DNA of 63,635 nucleotides, counting the filler, from Octopus bimaculoides (Eukaryota), in NCBI RefSeq assembly GCF_001194135.2. It is 4 parts of 4 records of this genome, joined end to end, with 100 filler letters (N's around TTAATTAATTAA, not from the genome) between each part and the next. Parts side by side here need not be neighbours in the genome. Positions count along the whole stretch, not along the records: positions 1 to 18,190 come from NC_068984.1; 3 more parts are not named here. One strand, given 5' to 3'. The notes beneath the pieces were generated by a model. That model did not search any database, was not told the origin of the DNA, and saw nothing but the letters and a program-made list of their open reading frames with translations. Below are positions 1-11,871 of the stretch, in pieces. The translations under genes and the position numbers were made by a program. The first letter of the stretch is position 1. Each line of letters starts with the position of its first letter.

Positions 1-48
<48 letters not shown>

Positions 49-177
49 CCTGAGGCTACACAGAAGGCATTTTTACCAAGGTACCGCTCAGTGGGATCAA
101 ACACATAACTACGAAGCTAAATTCTTAACCACATCGTTTTTATTACACCCCTATGATTTAAAAAAATATATACTCAC

Positions 178-274
178 TAGGAATTTTAGGATTGTTAACT
201 GGCCCATCTATGTAGACAGCTCGTAAAAGATTACTTTCCCAGAGGAAAAGTGGTTCACCGTCATTCAAATATGG
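178..274 (-). CDS. CBM9-like gene, coding exon 7 (gene continues beyond window start)
   Basis: Acceptor ctttctgtattttcag, donor A|GTGAGT; 97 nt. Encodes PYLNDGEPLFLWESNLLRAVYIDGPVNNPKIP, matching KPY..GG....W......AV...G..N.P. Confidence 0.9.
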
Positions 275-579
275 CTGAAAATACAGAAAGTAGAAATTAA
301 TACTTGATATGTCTGAAGCAGATTTTCAAAGGAAGTTTCATTCTTTTCAGCTCGTTTATTTCCTGGAAAATTATTAGTAACCATTTTGAAAGCTTCCTAC
401 GCTGACCTTTTCTTAAATCCTAAATATCAAGAAGTTTGCAAATGTCTTGACTGACAAACACAACTTCCTTAATTTTTGTTCTTCTGTGTAGATTCACTTC
501 ATTAGTCCGGATCACTAGACGTGCATTCTTCATCTCACTCATTTTCTGAGTGTGAAGATAGGATAGACGTTTTAGGAGT

Positions 580-1380
580 TTCTTATTTATTTATTGCTCA
601 AAAGGGGCTAAACATAAAGGGGACAAACAAGGACTGACATAGGGATTAAGTCGATTACATTGACCCCAGTGCGTAACGGGTACTTAATTTATCAACCCCG
701 AAAGAATGAAAGACAAAGTCGACCTCGGCGGAATTTGAACTCAGACGAAATACGGCAGACGAAATACCGCTAAGCATTTCGCCCGGCGTGCTAACTTTTC
801 TTATTTCTTTACTTCCCACAAGGGGCTACACACAGAGGGGACAAACAAGGGCAGACAAACGGATTAAGTTGATTATATTGACCTCAGTGCAGAACTGGTA
901 CTTAATTTATCGACCCCGAAAGGATGAAAGGCAAAGTCGACCTCGGCGGAATTTGAACTCAGAACGCAACGGCAGACGAAATTCCGCTAAGCATTTCGCC
1001 CAGCGTGCTAACGTTTCTGCCAGCTCGNNNNNNNNNNTTATCAACCCCGAAAGAATGAAAGACAAAGTCGACCTCGGCGGAATTTGAACTCAGACGAAAT
1101 ACGGCAGACGAAATACCGCTAAGCATTTCGCCCGGCGTGCTAACTTTTCTTATTTCTTTACTTCCCACAAGGGGCTACACACAGAGGGGACAAACAAGGG
1201 CAGACAAACGGATTAAGTTGATTATATTGACCTCAGTGCAGAACTGGTACTTAATTTATCGACCCCGAAAGGATGAAAGGCAAAGTCGACCTCGGCGGAA
1301 TTTGAACTCAGAACGCAACGGCAGACGAAATTCCGCTAAGCATTTCGCCCAGCGTGCTAACGTTTCTGCCAGCTCGCCGC
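580..1380 (-). mobile_element. Tandem tRNA-derived SINEs (family A), partly duplicated by the assembly
   Basis: Reverse complement begins ggcggcgagctggcagaaacgttagcac...gagttcaaattcc (A/B-box-like head). 689-1027 is repeated identically at 1038-1376. Confidence 0.9.
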
Positions 1381-2009
1381 CTTGTTTTAGACGTTTTAAG
1401 AGTTTCTGAAATGGAAAGTCTATCATTATGATGGACTGGTAGTAGACCTGAGGTTAAGTTAAGATATTGCAGTTTTGGAGTCTTGCAAAAATAACAGTTA
1501 TTATTATGTTCTGTGGACTCTTTCATTGCTAAGAGTGTTGCAGAACGTATGCACTTTCATCGGAAATCAATTCACATTATTAAACATCCTCAACAAAAAC
1601 TATAACATAAATTAGAGATGAAAAACATCGCGTATCTCGATGGTCTTGTTTACAAGTATAATATGGATAGTAAGTCTTTCTTATTTTTGAGATAATTTTA
1701 CAGTTTTGCAATCTATGGCTGGGGATAAATTGTTTATATATGTGACAAAAATTTTCAGAGTTATTAATGCAATTTCCAGGCATTTTAAACGGGTAAACAT
1801 AGCTGTAACACACAATCGCAAAATTTAACGAAAAAGTATTTTTCAACATTAGAGTAATAGACTTTAAAAAAAAACCTCTTGATTCAACTGAAGACTGATT
1901 GCATGAATGATTTTGTTTATATGAATGCAGAAATGACTGTCATGATTTATGCTACATTAGTTTTTACTGGGATGAAGCAATACTTATAATGTATGATGTA
2001 ATCAATACT

Positions 2010-2445
2010 CGGTGCTACTTTGGCGCGTGATCCACAAGGGAGATTACTTTAGGTTACTTTTAAAATTATTTTGTACATACTTAGCATTGTAAATGTATTC
2101 TTTCAAGATTCTTACTATTTTAATAAAAAGAAAACCATATAATAATTAAAATAAACGCGTAGATCACCAATCAAAGTAAATTTGCTCACGTAGATCACAC
2201 AGAAAGTAGCACTAACCCAAAGTAAACTAAAAAGTAACCTAAAGTAACTTCCCTTTACATTGTAGATCACATGCTAAAGTTGCACCTTTCTTTTCTTAAG
2301 AAATGGTGTGAATTTAGTGCTGGTTTCTTGTAAAAATGCTACTGACTTCGTCTCGTTGCTGATCACGTAAAAATCTTTAGCCAACGTTTTACGGGGTTTT
2401 GAGAAATTGAAAAGTAAACTAAAAAGTAACCTAAAGTAACCTCCA
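2010..2445. repeat. MITE-like inverted/direct repeat cluster
   Basis: Inverted pair 2027-2061 and 2230-2270; identical 30-mer at 2219-2248 and 2411-2440; recurring GATCAC. Confidence 0.6.
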
Positions 2446-3326
2446 TTCTGCCGTACACACACTGAAAAATTGAGAAGGAACATAACTCTGTAGCTAAACA
2501 TGTCTAGATTAGCTAATGTTACCAAACGAGTGCGATTTTTGTGATTAGTACAACCCAAAACTAATGCATGCAACTTCTACTGAAATAGAAGTTATTAAAA
2601 ATATAAAGCTCTAAGTCGCATGACTCTTTGATCATAACATTTTGGTCAGCATTTTGATCAAATGCTTTCATCATTTTTCCCGCAATTAGATTGTTGATTC
2701 TTGCGTAAGATCTACATTTATCCTAATATGGAGTACAAAATTTATTAAGATCCGTCCATTTTCAATCGTCAGCACTTTTGGCAGAAATCTGAGGAATTCT
2801 TGGTCAATAAACCTCTTCCCGAAATCAGCATCCTCTCAATGGAATGTGAAATGGATTACTCTTCGTTTCTTCTGTTATCACAACGCTCTATGTTCAGCTG
2901 GTTACACATATTTAAAAAAACAAAAACAAAAAAACAAATAAGGATTCTCTGCGCAGCCGCTCCACTCGCTAAAAAATAGCAGGTTAATCTACCTAAAACT
3001 ACACTAATCGCTTTTAGAAAAGAATGTATAAATAAGACGGTCTCAGACGTAGTATGTCTGAATAAAGGACGTGATGATCACAAATAAAACACTGTTGATA
3101 GTTCACATCGATTAGAAATTCTCTTTGATTAAACCACAACATAATACTTTACAATACATATATTGTTGTTGCCTCTCTCTTGTCAGTTAAGTCAGCCTTT
3201 CAAGACTCAAAAAATCAAAATAATAAAATAAGTATATTCACTTGTATTTTACATATTGCTTTACACTGATACTATGTACCTATATAACAGAATTAAAATC
3301 TGAGCAAATGAGTGAGTCTCACGAAC

Positions 3327-3384
3327 CCTTGAAATCATTGAATCGGAGACCGTTCCGAGTGCATTTATCACAATTTCTTTGTAT
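3327..3384 (-). CDS. CBM9-like gene, coding exon 6
   Basis: Acceptor tttatttttcag; encodes YKEIVINALGTVSDSMISR (family motif Y.E.EINA.GT). The donor must be AGG|GTTCGT (phase 0) to keep exon 7 in frame. Confidence 0.85.
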
Positions 3385-4442
3385 CTGAAAAATAAATAAA
3401 TAAATAAATTTTGTTTCAAAATGTAATTCCTTCTTCGGAAATACAAACAAAAAATAAGTATATGGTGAGCTGAGGGAAGAATCGAAGTTAACATTTCGGT
3501 TCCTTCGTCAGCATAGAAATAATAGTTAGCATTTCAATCTTTATGTAAACCCTTTTCAGATTGAAGAATAAGGGTAAGGTCACTGGAGGAGAGAAAACTC
3601 CTTAATGAAGAATCCAAACCAGGTTGTGAACTTAGAACACTGAATAATAATAATAATAATAACAATTTTGAAAACAGTTGGCAAATAGAGAGTTAAATTC
3701 AACATGGAGTTAATTCAATTTTGTAAGGTGTAAGTGGGAGGTGCATGATACCACAGAAAAATCTATTGTTAGTGTCTCGATTAAATTTATTCTATGGAAC
3801 TTAGAGGTTTGATAGGGAAAAATCAACTCTAAAAGGAATTTGAATTCAGAACGATGCAAAATTTAGTCTGGAAGGAAGGCATATTATTTAATTTACAGCT
3901 TTACCGAGTTATGATATAGAGGAGAGACTGCTAACCTGTGTTGTTAACTGCCAATGTTTACACCACCTTTTTGACCTGCTCTGGGATAGTAACAAACAAC
4001 AATTGTAGAAACGATGTCATTGGGCACAGCTAGACTTATCTTTTGTCAGGAATAATAAAATTACTTCAGTGCCTTGTGGATAACATGGTAATCATGACAG
4101 AGGTAAGTTGTGACACGGTCGAACTAATAATGTACTGGACTGACAACTGATGTGCTTTGAATTCACTTTCGCTGCTATTTCGTTGTAGAAACTTAATCTA
4201 ATTTAGTCTGAAGAGGAACGGAGGGCCCATGACACTTTTTCAGGACCTTTGAGATAGGAGAAGAAGAGAGAAAGTTATTCTTAGACCGGAAACCTGTCCT
4301 GAAAGCTTGTAGAAATGGAATGTCCTATGGATATTTCCTAGACAATGCAGATTATATAAAATTACTTCGATCCAGAGTCGAACCTGGTTCGTGATCTCAA
4401 TTCTCCATGAAATTTATTTAAGAAAAAATATAAGATTCTTAC

Positions 4443-4474
4443 TTGTGGTTGCTTCGTTCTGTATCCAGCAATAA
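4443..4474 (-). CDS. CBM9-like gene, coding exon 5 (32-nt microexon)
   Basis: Poly-T acceptor ending ttgacag, donor AA|GTAAGA; phase 0 to 2. Encodes LLLDTERSNH(K) and exactly bridges the phases of exons 4 and 6. Confidence 0.85.
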
Positions 4475-5323
4475 CTGTCAAAAAAAAATCATTTTAATGA
4501 TAAATCAAAACGGTTAAATAAAGAGAAATTCAGGAACTAATTAGAATTATGTTGTCCCAGTTTCAAAACAGAAAGAAATGTATAAATTTGTTGAAAAATT
4601 GCAGACATTGTGATATTCAGTAAATACATCCTAAGTTGAGATAAACACACGGATGCAATTACCAACTAAATCCTCTCACCTTTCTTACGAAAACGAAGGC
4701 AAGAAAGACTGTCAAAATAGGAGATATCCATTCTAAAAGCTTTAATTTTCAAATACAACTCGTAACTGAGTATATCTAAGTGGATGCTTCATTTGCATGA
4801 TATGAGATCCATACATCTCTCATATTTATTTAGTTGATATGAAGTAATAGTAAAAGACTAGGTGGTATAACAAAAAACAATACGGCATTATAAAAGAAAT
4901 TTTAAATTTTCTCAGCTAAGTTTTCGGTTCATAAATTTAGTGATATTTAAGAAATACCTCGATGTGTTAAGCAAGTGAGAAGTACTAGTCGTCCTGGTCA
5001 TGTACTTCTCTGTTGGAGATTTGATATCGAGAAACATCACTGGCGACACTCAAGTCTAAAGCCATGAAAAATTAAACGTCTGGTTAATATGTATTATTTT
5101 CTTACTGACTTGATGATTGGCATTTAACTCAGTATTTAATTTTATCGGTCCTGTTTGAAGTGAAATGGCTTAAATAGGATGTAGGATGTTGAAACGGTAA
5201 CTTTCGAATTCATTACCGACAATTATCGATTCCGGCGCTCGTATCTCAGATCTTTCCTGAGTACGAACCTGAAATCGATGCTAAAGCAGAGATATGTAGT
5301 TGTTGTAGATACTTTAAAAGAGA

Positions 5324-5376
<53 letters not shown>

Positions 5377-6431
5377 GGTGGATGTGGATGAATGATGACC
5401 ATAGTGATTTCTTACATTTCAAAACCCTTCAAATAGTGGTCGACTGAATAAGTGTGGTTGACTGAATGAATTCCGGTGCATCTCGACATCTATTTTAAAA
5501 TTAACTCTGGTGTGTTTCAAACTTCAAACTCTGTAAGACGAAACTAAATTCTATAAGAATTTCAAGATTGCTCCTATACTGTTTCTATGGCTATAATTCC
5601 CTTAGATGAGAGGTAAACAATGAGAATGAACAAGAGTATTTGCACAACGTATCTGAAAATGTCAAATTATTAAAAATAATGAGAATTGAACAAACACTTG
5701 TGTACTTGTAAATTATTAGAAAATTGGACAAATGTAGCTGGTTAATTGCTTGAGCGACGACTAATCAAGTGATTGATTAGTTAATTGGTTACATGATTTA
5801 CTACTTGAATAAAAATAATTCTAAAAATTGAACTAGAACCAGTGCGTATGTTAGTACAATGACCCTCCCAAGATTCAATAAAATCAATTTATTGAAATAT
5901 TTTGGAACTTTTGTATAAAACGAAGTATCGTTTGAAGATGAAGTCAAAGTTTCGGTCAAAAAAAGGAAGGAAGCAATTGGTACAGTAAGACCGATCAATG
6001 AACGCTGGCACCATAGCTAATCCAGTTCTTACAATTCTGTTGTAAGACCATGAAATGTTGCGCGACAACAAACCACTGACTACAAAATATTGGTTTCTTA
6101 CTTCGGAATAAGGCAACTTGTCATAGAAGTATCTGTAATTAAAGCGATCTCATTAACTTAATTATTCACGACTTACTGAACTGGGAGAGTTTGAACCATA
6201 ATAAAAAAAAACTAAACAGTCATGTTCAAAATATTGGTTTCTTTTTAACTTTATACCAAGATCTTATTTACCAGGGAAAGAAATGGGATGATTTGACGTT
6301 CAAGCATTTCCAAGAGCAGGGAAACAAACTTGTCAGCAATTAGATGGTGAAACCTTATTAGAATTGCATCTTATCTGAAACTAACATCTTAATTTCTTCA
6401 ATCTCTACAAAATCAGCAATATAAAGTATTA

Positions 6432-6634
6432 CTTTCAAATTTTGGCACAAGGTCAGTAATTTCAGGGGAAGGGATAAATTAATTATCCCGACCCCAGTAC
6501 TTATTTTATCGACCCTGAAAGGATGAAAAGCTAAGTCTACTTCGGCGGAACTTGAACGCAGAACGTAAAGAAAGACGAAATGATGCTGCTAAGCATTGTG
6601 CCCGACGTGCTAACGATTCGGTCAGCTCGTCGCC
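6432..6634 (-). mobile_element. SINE family A
   Basis: Full-length match to the family A pattern by eye. Confidence 0.9.
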
Positions 6635-6708
6635 TTTTCAATAACGTAAAATATTAGCCTAGAATTGAGACGAACATAATTTTGTAATAAAACCGTTTTC
6701 CAACTTAC

Positions 6709-6731
6709 CTGAAAAGCATTATCTTGATAGA
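6709..6731 (-). CDS. CBM9-like gene, coding exon 4 (23-nt microexon)
   Basis: Strong acceptor ctttttgttcttatatttttag, donor CAG|GTAAGT; phase 1 to 0. Encodes (V)YQDNAFQ, matching the expected I(F/Y).DN.F(E/Q) motif. Confidence 0.88.
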
Positions 6732-7222
6732 CTAAAAATATAAGAACAAAAAGGACATAATTCAGAATTTATCCAGTGACAAGAAGAGTTGCTATGGTCG
6801 TGGGGATAAGGTTTTAGCTTCTCTATTGACGATTTGTATCCTGCCGGATGTAATGCTTTTACTGTTTAGTGCACAATAAACGTGAGTTAAAAAACTAGGA
6901 GAAACAATCGCTTATGGCACACAGATTTATTAGGACATATGAAAATAAATAATACGAAAATAAATAATACGAAAATAAATAATTCAGTCACACGTTCTAT
7001 AGTGAAGAAAATCTCGAACACTTTGTGGATCTGTGGTATTAGTTGTCAATAGGAATAATCTGTTTCATTGACGCAGTTCAAGGTTTAAATCTAAGTTTAT
7101 AGAGGCTCTGCCTTGTAAATGAGGGTATTCTTGTGAAGTGGGGCCAAGAAACATAATCAATCATTGATGGATACGGCTGCTAAAGGAAATTCAAACAGTC
7201 GCACCTGGTTGAAATATATTAA

Positions 7223-7666
7223 TATTGGTTTCAAACTTTGACACAACGCCAGCAATTTTGGAAGAGGGAGTAAGTCGATTACATCGACCCCAGAGTTTAA
7301 CTGGTACTTGTTTTATTGACCCCAAAAGGATGACAGGTAAAGTCGACCTTGGTAGAATTTGAACTCAGAACGTAAAGACGGACGGAATGTCGTTAAGCAT
7401 TTTGCCTGACGTGCTAACGATTCTGCCAGCTTACCGCCGTAGAGATATATTGGTTTCAAATTTTGGTATAAGGCCAGCAGTTTGTGGGATGGGGGCTAAG
7501 TCGATTACATCGACCCCAGTGCTCAACTGGTACTTATTTTATCGACCCTCGAAAGGGATGAAAGGCAATGTCGACCCCCGCAAGATTTGAACTCGGAACG
7601 TAAGGACGCACGAAATGCCGCAAAGCATTTCCCCCGGCGTACTAACGAGTTTGCCAGCTCGCTGCC
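7223..7666 (-). mobile_element. Two head-to-tail SINE family A copies
   Basis: 7223-7438 and 7447-7666. Confidence 0.9.
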
Positions 7667-8364
7667 GTAGAAATATATTAATATTGATTAGTTGCTCATT
7701 AACAAAAATATCGCCCTGGCTTTTCTTTTGTTTAGATAAGATTCTCAAAAGTTGTTTTTTGTGGTTTAACTCTAGGTCAGCCCTGATTTAGGAGACCGAT
7801 GATTAAAGACATTCCTGCCGTAACTATCTCTTTTGTGTTTATCCAGTATTACAATGTCTTATTTGTCCTTGCTGATGTTTCTAGCATGTCAGGCGACCAC
7901 GTAGAGGGTGTCTCATTGTCTTAAAGAAATAAGAACCAGTCATGTATTGAAGTAGATTCAAGAATCTATACTCTCCTCCTATAAATATCTGGTCTTCATC
8001 TACATGATGATGATGATGATGACGACGACGATGATAAGTATGATGGCGATGTTGATGAAGACGGTGATAAAAATGATGACGATGAGGATAATGAAGATAA
8101 TGGCGATGATGATCATGATGATGGTGATGATGATTTCTAGAACTGTATTTCTTAGATTAATACAAAACAACAAGTGTAGAGGGCAAGAACCAAACCAGAT
8201 AGATCACGGGTAAAGTTGACTTCGTCGCGATTCGAACTCCGACCGTAAAGGGGCGAAACTAATTACCCTAGCGGACATTCAGTCCGACAAAAACACCTCA
8301 AAGAATATCCACAATAACTGGCTACAGACTAATAAACGAAATCATTTAGTAAAGCTTTATTTAC

Positions 8365-8502
8365 CTGTGGTATCATGTAAGGTCTTGTTGGCCCAAACAT
8401 CAGTATCTTGCAAACGAGCTGCTACATAGAGGTAAGTGTCATCCCAGCGCAGTTTCACCTGTGTTTCAAATCGAGGTAGTGGAAAGTCTTCCCCTCGTAT
8501 AT
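8365..8502 (-). CDS. CBM9-like gene, coding exon 3
   Basis: Acceptor ataattcag, donor G|GTAAAT; 138 nt, phase 1 to 1. Encodes (D)IRGEDFPLPRFETQVKLRWDDTYLYVAARLQDTDVWANKTLHDTT, with motif T.VK..WDD.YLY.AA. Too short for the supplied ORF track. Confidence 0.93.
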
Positions 8503-8623
8503 CTGAATTATATCATCGATGATGGTATAATCGAACAACGTAACAAAATTTTATAAAGATAATGCAGTCAAAGAGCACATTCTAATTTGGAAAGGCATTT
8601 ATTTTAAATCTAAATATACATCG

Positions 8624-9235
8624 GCACAGGCATGGCTGTGTGATTAAGAAGTTCGCTGTGCAACCATGTCGTTTTGGGTTCAGTCCCACTGTGCTGCATC
8701 AAGAGCAAGTGTCTTCTACAACAGCCACGAACCAACGAATGCCTTTTGAGAGAATTTGGTGGACAGAAACTGTGTGGAAGCCCGTAGTTTGTCTGTATTT
8801 GTCCCCGCCCGTCCCCACTGCTCGAGAATCGGTATTGGTTTGTTTACATCTCCATATTTTAGCGATCCGGCAAACGAGACCCATAAAATAAGTACCAGAC
8901 TTAAAACATAAGAACCATGGTCAATTTGGAGTAAAGATTGTTTGCCAACATAACATGGCAGTCCTGGTTTAGGACGAATGTTGCTGTAATTCAGCCTCAG
9001 GAGATATCGTCTCCAGATGGCTATACGACGGTGTCTCCTGGGGCTAGATTACAGCAACATTCGTCCTAATCCAGGACTGCCATGTTATGTTGGCAAACAA
9101 TCTTTACTCCAAAGCACTGTTGCTGAATATCTCTCGTTGTGAGATTTTAAAATATGGTCAATTTGTTCGAGTAAAATTCTTCAAGGCGGTGCCTCAGCAT
9201 GGCCGCAGTCTATTTCTCCTTTTATCAGCGAATAA
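8624..9235 (+). mobile_element. tRNA-derived SINE family B (host of the 8929-9153 insert)
   Basis: Head catggctgtgtgattaagaag...ggttcagtcccac; tail aaggcggtgcctcagcatggccgcagtc. Confidence 0.85.
8929..9153 (+). mobile_element. Second palindromic insertion family, inserted in a SINE
   Basis: Imperfect palindrome 8925-9113 with ~85-bp arms and an unpaired 3' extension to 9153. TSD ATGGTCAATTTG (8917-8928 and 9154-9165); the host SINE resumes after the TSD. Confidence 0.8.
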
Positions 9236-10074
9236 ACATATATATATACATAGCATTCGACTGCTANNNNNNNNNNNNNNNNNNNNNNNNNNNNNNNNNN
9301 NNNNNNNNNNNNNNNNNNNNNNNNNNNNNNNNNNNNNNNNNNNNNNNNNNNNNNNNNNNNNNNNNNNNNNNNNNNNNNNNNNNNNNNNNNNNNNNNNNNN
9401 NNNNNNNNNNNNNNNNNNNNNNNNNNNNNNNNNNNNNNNNNNNNNNNNNNNNNNNNNNNNNNNNNNNNNNNNNNNNNNNNNNNNNNNNNNNNNNNNNNNN
9501 NNNNNNNNNNNNNNNNNNNNNNNNNNNNNNNNNNNNNNNNNNNNNNNNNNNNNNNNNNNNNNNNNNNNNNNNNNNNNNNNNNNNNNNNNNNNNNNNNNNN
9601 NNNNNNNNNNNNNNNNNNNNNNNNNNNNNNNNNNNNNNNNNNNNNNNNNNNNNNNNNNNNNNNNNNNNNNNNNNNNNNNNNNNNNNNNNNNNNNNNNNNN
9701 NNNNNNNNNNNNNNNNNNNNNNNNNNNNNNNNNNNNNNNNNNNNNNNNNNNNNNNNNNNNNNNNNNNNNNNNNNNNNNNNNNNNNNNNNNNNNNNNNNNN
9801 NNNNNNNNNNNNNNNNNNNNNNNNNNNNNNNNNNNNNNNNNNNNNNNNNNNNNNNNNNNNNNNNNNNNNNNNNNNNNNNNNNNNNNNNNNNNNNNNNNNN
9901 NNNNNNNNNNNNNNNNNNNNNNNNNNNNNNNNNNNNNNNNNNNNNNNNNNNNNNNNNNNNNNNNNNNNNNNNNNNNNNNNNNNNNNNNNNNNNNNNNNNN
10001 NNNNNNNNNNNNNNNNNNNNNNNNNNNNNNNNNNNNNNNNNNNNNNNNNNNNNNNNNNNNNNNNNNNNNNNNNN

Positions 10075-10160
<86 letters not shown>

Positions 10161-10782
10161 ACGCACACACACATACACATCGAAGATCATACATCAATAT
10201 CCCTAGATCAATATTATTGAGACAATAACGCTCAAACTTATCTAGAAGCGAAGTACGGTAATATCACGTAAATACTGAATACTTTCTATAGACATTGCAG
10301 GTGGAAATATTCAAAACTGTTCTCATGTTTTCTCTGGTCTATATAATTAACCAGGCGCGCATCCGTGCGCAGTAGTTTGTCATACTTATTTGTAGCTATC
10401 TTGGAATGATTTTTGTAACCAAACAAGTTTTTTTCCCTATTTGTTCGCATGAAATACCTACTTACTTAGTCGGTGAACGACTTCTTTATATTGATGAAGG
10501 TATGACTATCGGTTTGTTGTTGATCGATTCCTACTCACATAAATATTTCAACAATATTGAACCTACGAACTTATGTAGGTTCGATATGGGCTTTGGATAA
10601 AAGAAAATACAGGAGGATCAGTTAATTATGATTTTACTCGACATATTCCCCTCACAGATTCTCACACTTTGGGCAGCTGTCCTTCACTTTTTCTTAGCTC
10701 TGTAAAAGGACTCAGAAGGCTGGGCCTCCATCCAAGCCTTTCGCGTTACTCTTAAAGCTAGGAAATTATTAAGCACTCCCTC

Positions 10783-10822
<40 letters not shown>

Positions 10823-10824
<2 letters not shown>

Positions 10825-11290
10825 GTCAAAATAAGCAACAAGGATATCCAGAGGTAATACAGTACGATCGTTTCATGCAACTCCATTTAATTGAACAATG
10901 TAATCGTTTATCAATATAAAATGCAGAGCCCTCTTCAGCTGCACAAAGACATAGAATTTAATTTAATTACATTTGAACAGAAGGACACATTCTTATAATT
11001 AAACCTAAAAAATCTCCAAGTAGTAAAGAAGAAATACAAAAACCATTTTGCTTTAGCTACACCATGGAAGATTAGCTTCCATGGTGTAGCTAAAGCAAAA
11101 TGATGTTGACTTGGACATCGAAAATCACAGGGAAGAGTAATTAATACATTAAATGGGTCTAAAATGTGTCACAGCTGAAAAGAGGCTTATCTTCAGTAAC
11201 ATCAATAATTCTGTGAATTACCGAAAAAAATCGAAATTCTTTATAAAATGTCACCACTTCAACAAACATCTGATATATTTTTGAAGTTTA
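10823..11290. mobile_element. Penelope-like element remnant (GIY-YIG C-terminus on +, inverted terminal segment on -)
   Basis: Plus-strand frames give LKQNDVD, NGSKMC, EKRLI and KCHHFNKHL, resembling the PLE endonuclease C-terminus. Perfect 27-bp hairpin at 11044-11102; degenerate hammerhead-like core on the minus strand at 10859-10942. Confidence 0.55.
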
Positions 11291-11827
11291 CACAAGCATT
11301 GACTGTATTAAGTAGTCTAACATTGATCTGTTACTTAATCCCATTTACTCCTTTGTTTTATCATGTATCTGCTTTATTCTTTTGTTTTACCATCGAACTG
11401 ATAAACCTGTAAAAATACCCTAAACACAATTCCCAAGTATCTCACAGCTATCATTTCTTTTCAAGACTTTTTTTTTACCTCTCGAACTTTACATCACATG
11501 CTTTACGATTTCATCACCTGCCCGTCGAGTTAAGGTAATGTATAATGTAACGGTAAAATAAATATTTTCTTCACAACTTTAATCACTGTTCTTTCATCTT
11601 TACATAATGGCAGTCAACGAAGAACCAATCCTTACAAACTAATTACGACGCCGACATTCCCATATTATTGTTTACTAATTAATCTCATCCGTTACGTATA
11701 TACACACACACATATATATATATAATACATACGTACACACACACATATATATATAATACTTACACACACACACACGCACGCACGAACACACACGCACACA
11801 CACACACGCACACACACGCACACACAA

Positions 11828-11871
<44 letters not shown>

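Noticed and set aside
3480-3515. Hammerhead-like CTGACGAAGGAACCGAAA on the minus strand
   Set aside because: Stem II is only 2 bp with a 2-nt loop and there is no stem I partner.
5889-6132. Minus-strand ORF with a plausible acceptor at 6132 as a CBM9-gene exon
   Set aside because: Exon 4 ends in phase 0, which gives ATA CTT CTA TGA (stop) here. The peptide has no family motif, and the 4443-4474 exon fits instead.
8945-9000. HDV-like ribozyme suggested by GG-CAGUCC...GGA-CGAAU-GUUGC
   Set aside because: P4 and J4/2 look-alikes are present, but there is no room or complementarity upstream for P1, P3 and P1.1.
9087-10220. Long ORFs spanning N gaps (also near 17-19 kb, 32 kb, 36 kb and 43 kb)
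   Set aside because: Open only because N runs and dinucleotide repeats lack stops.
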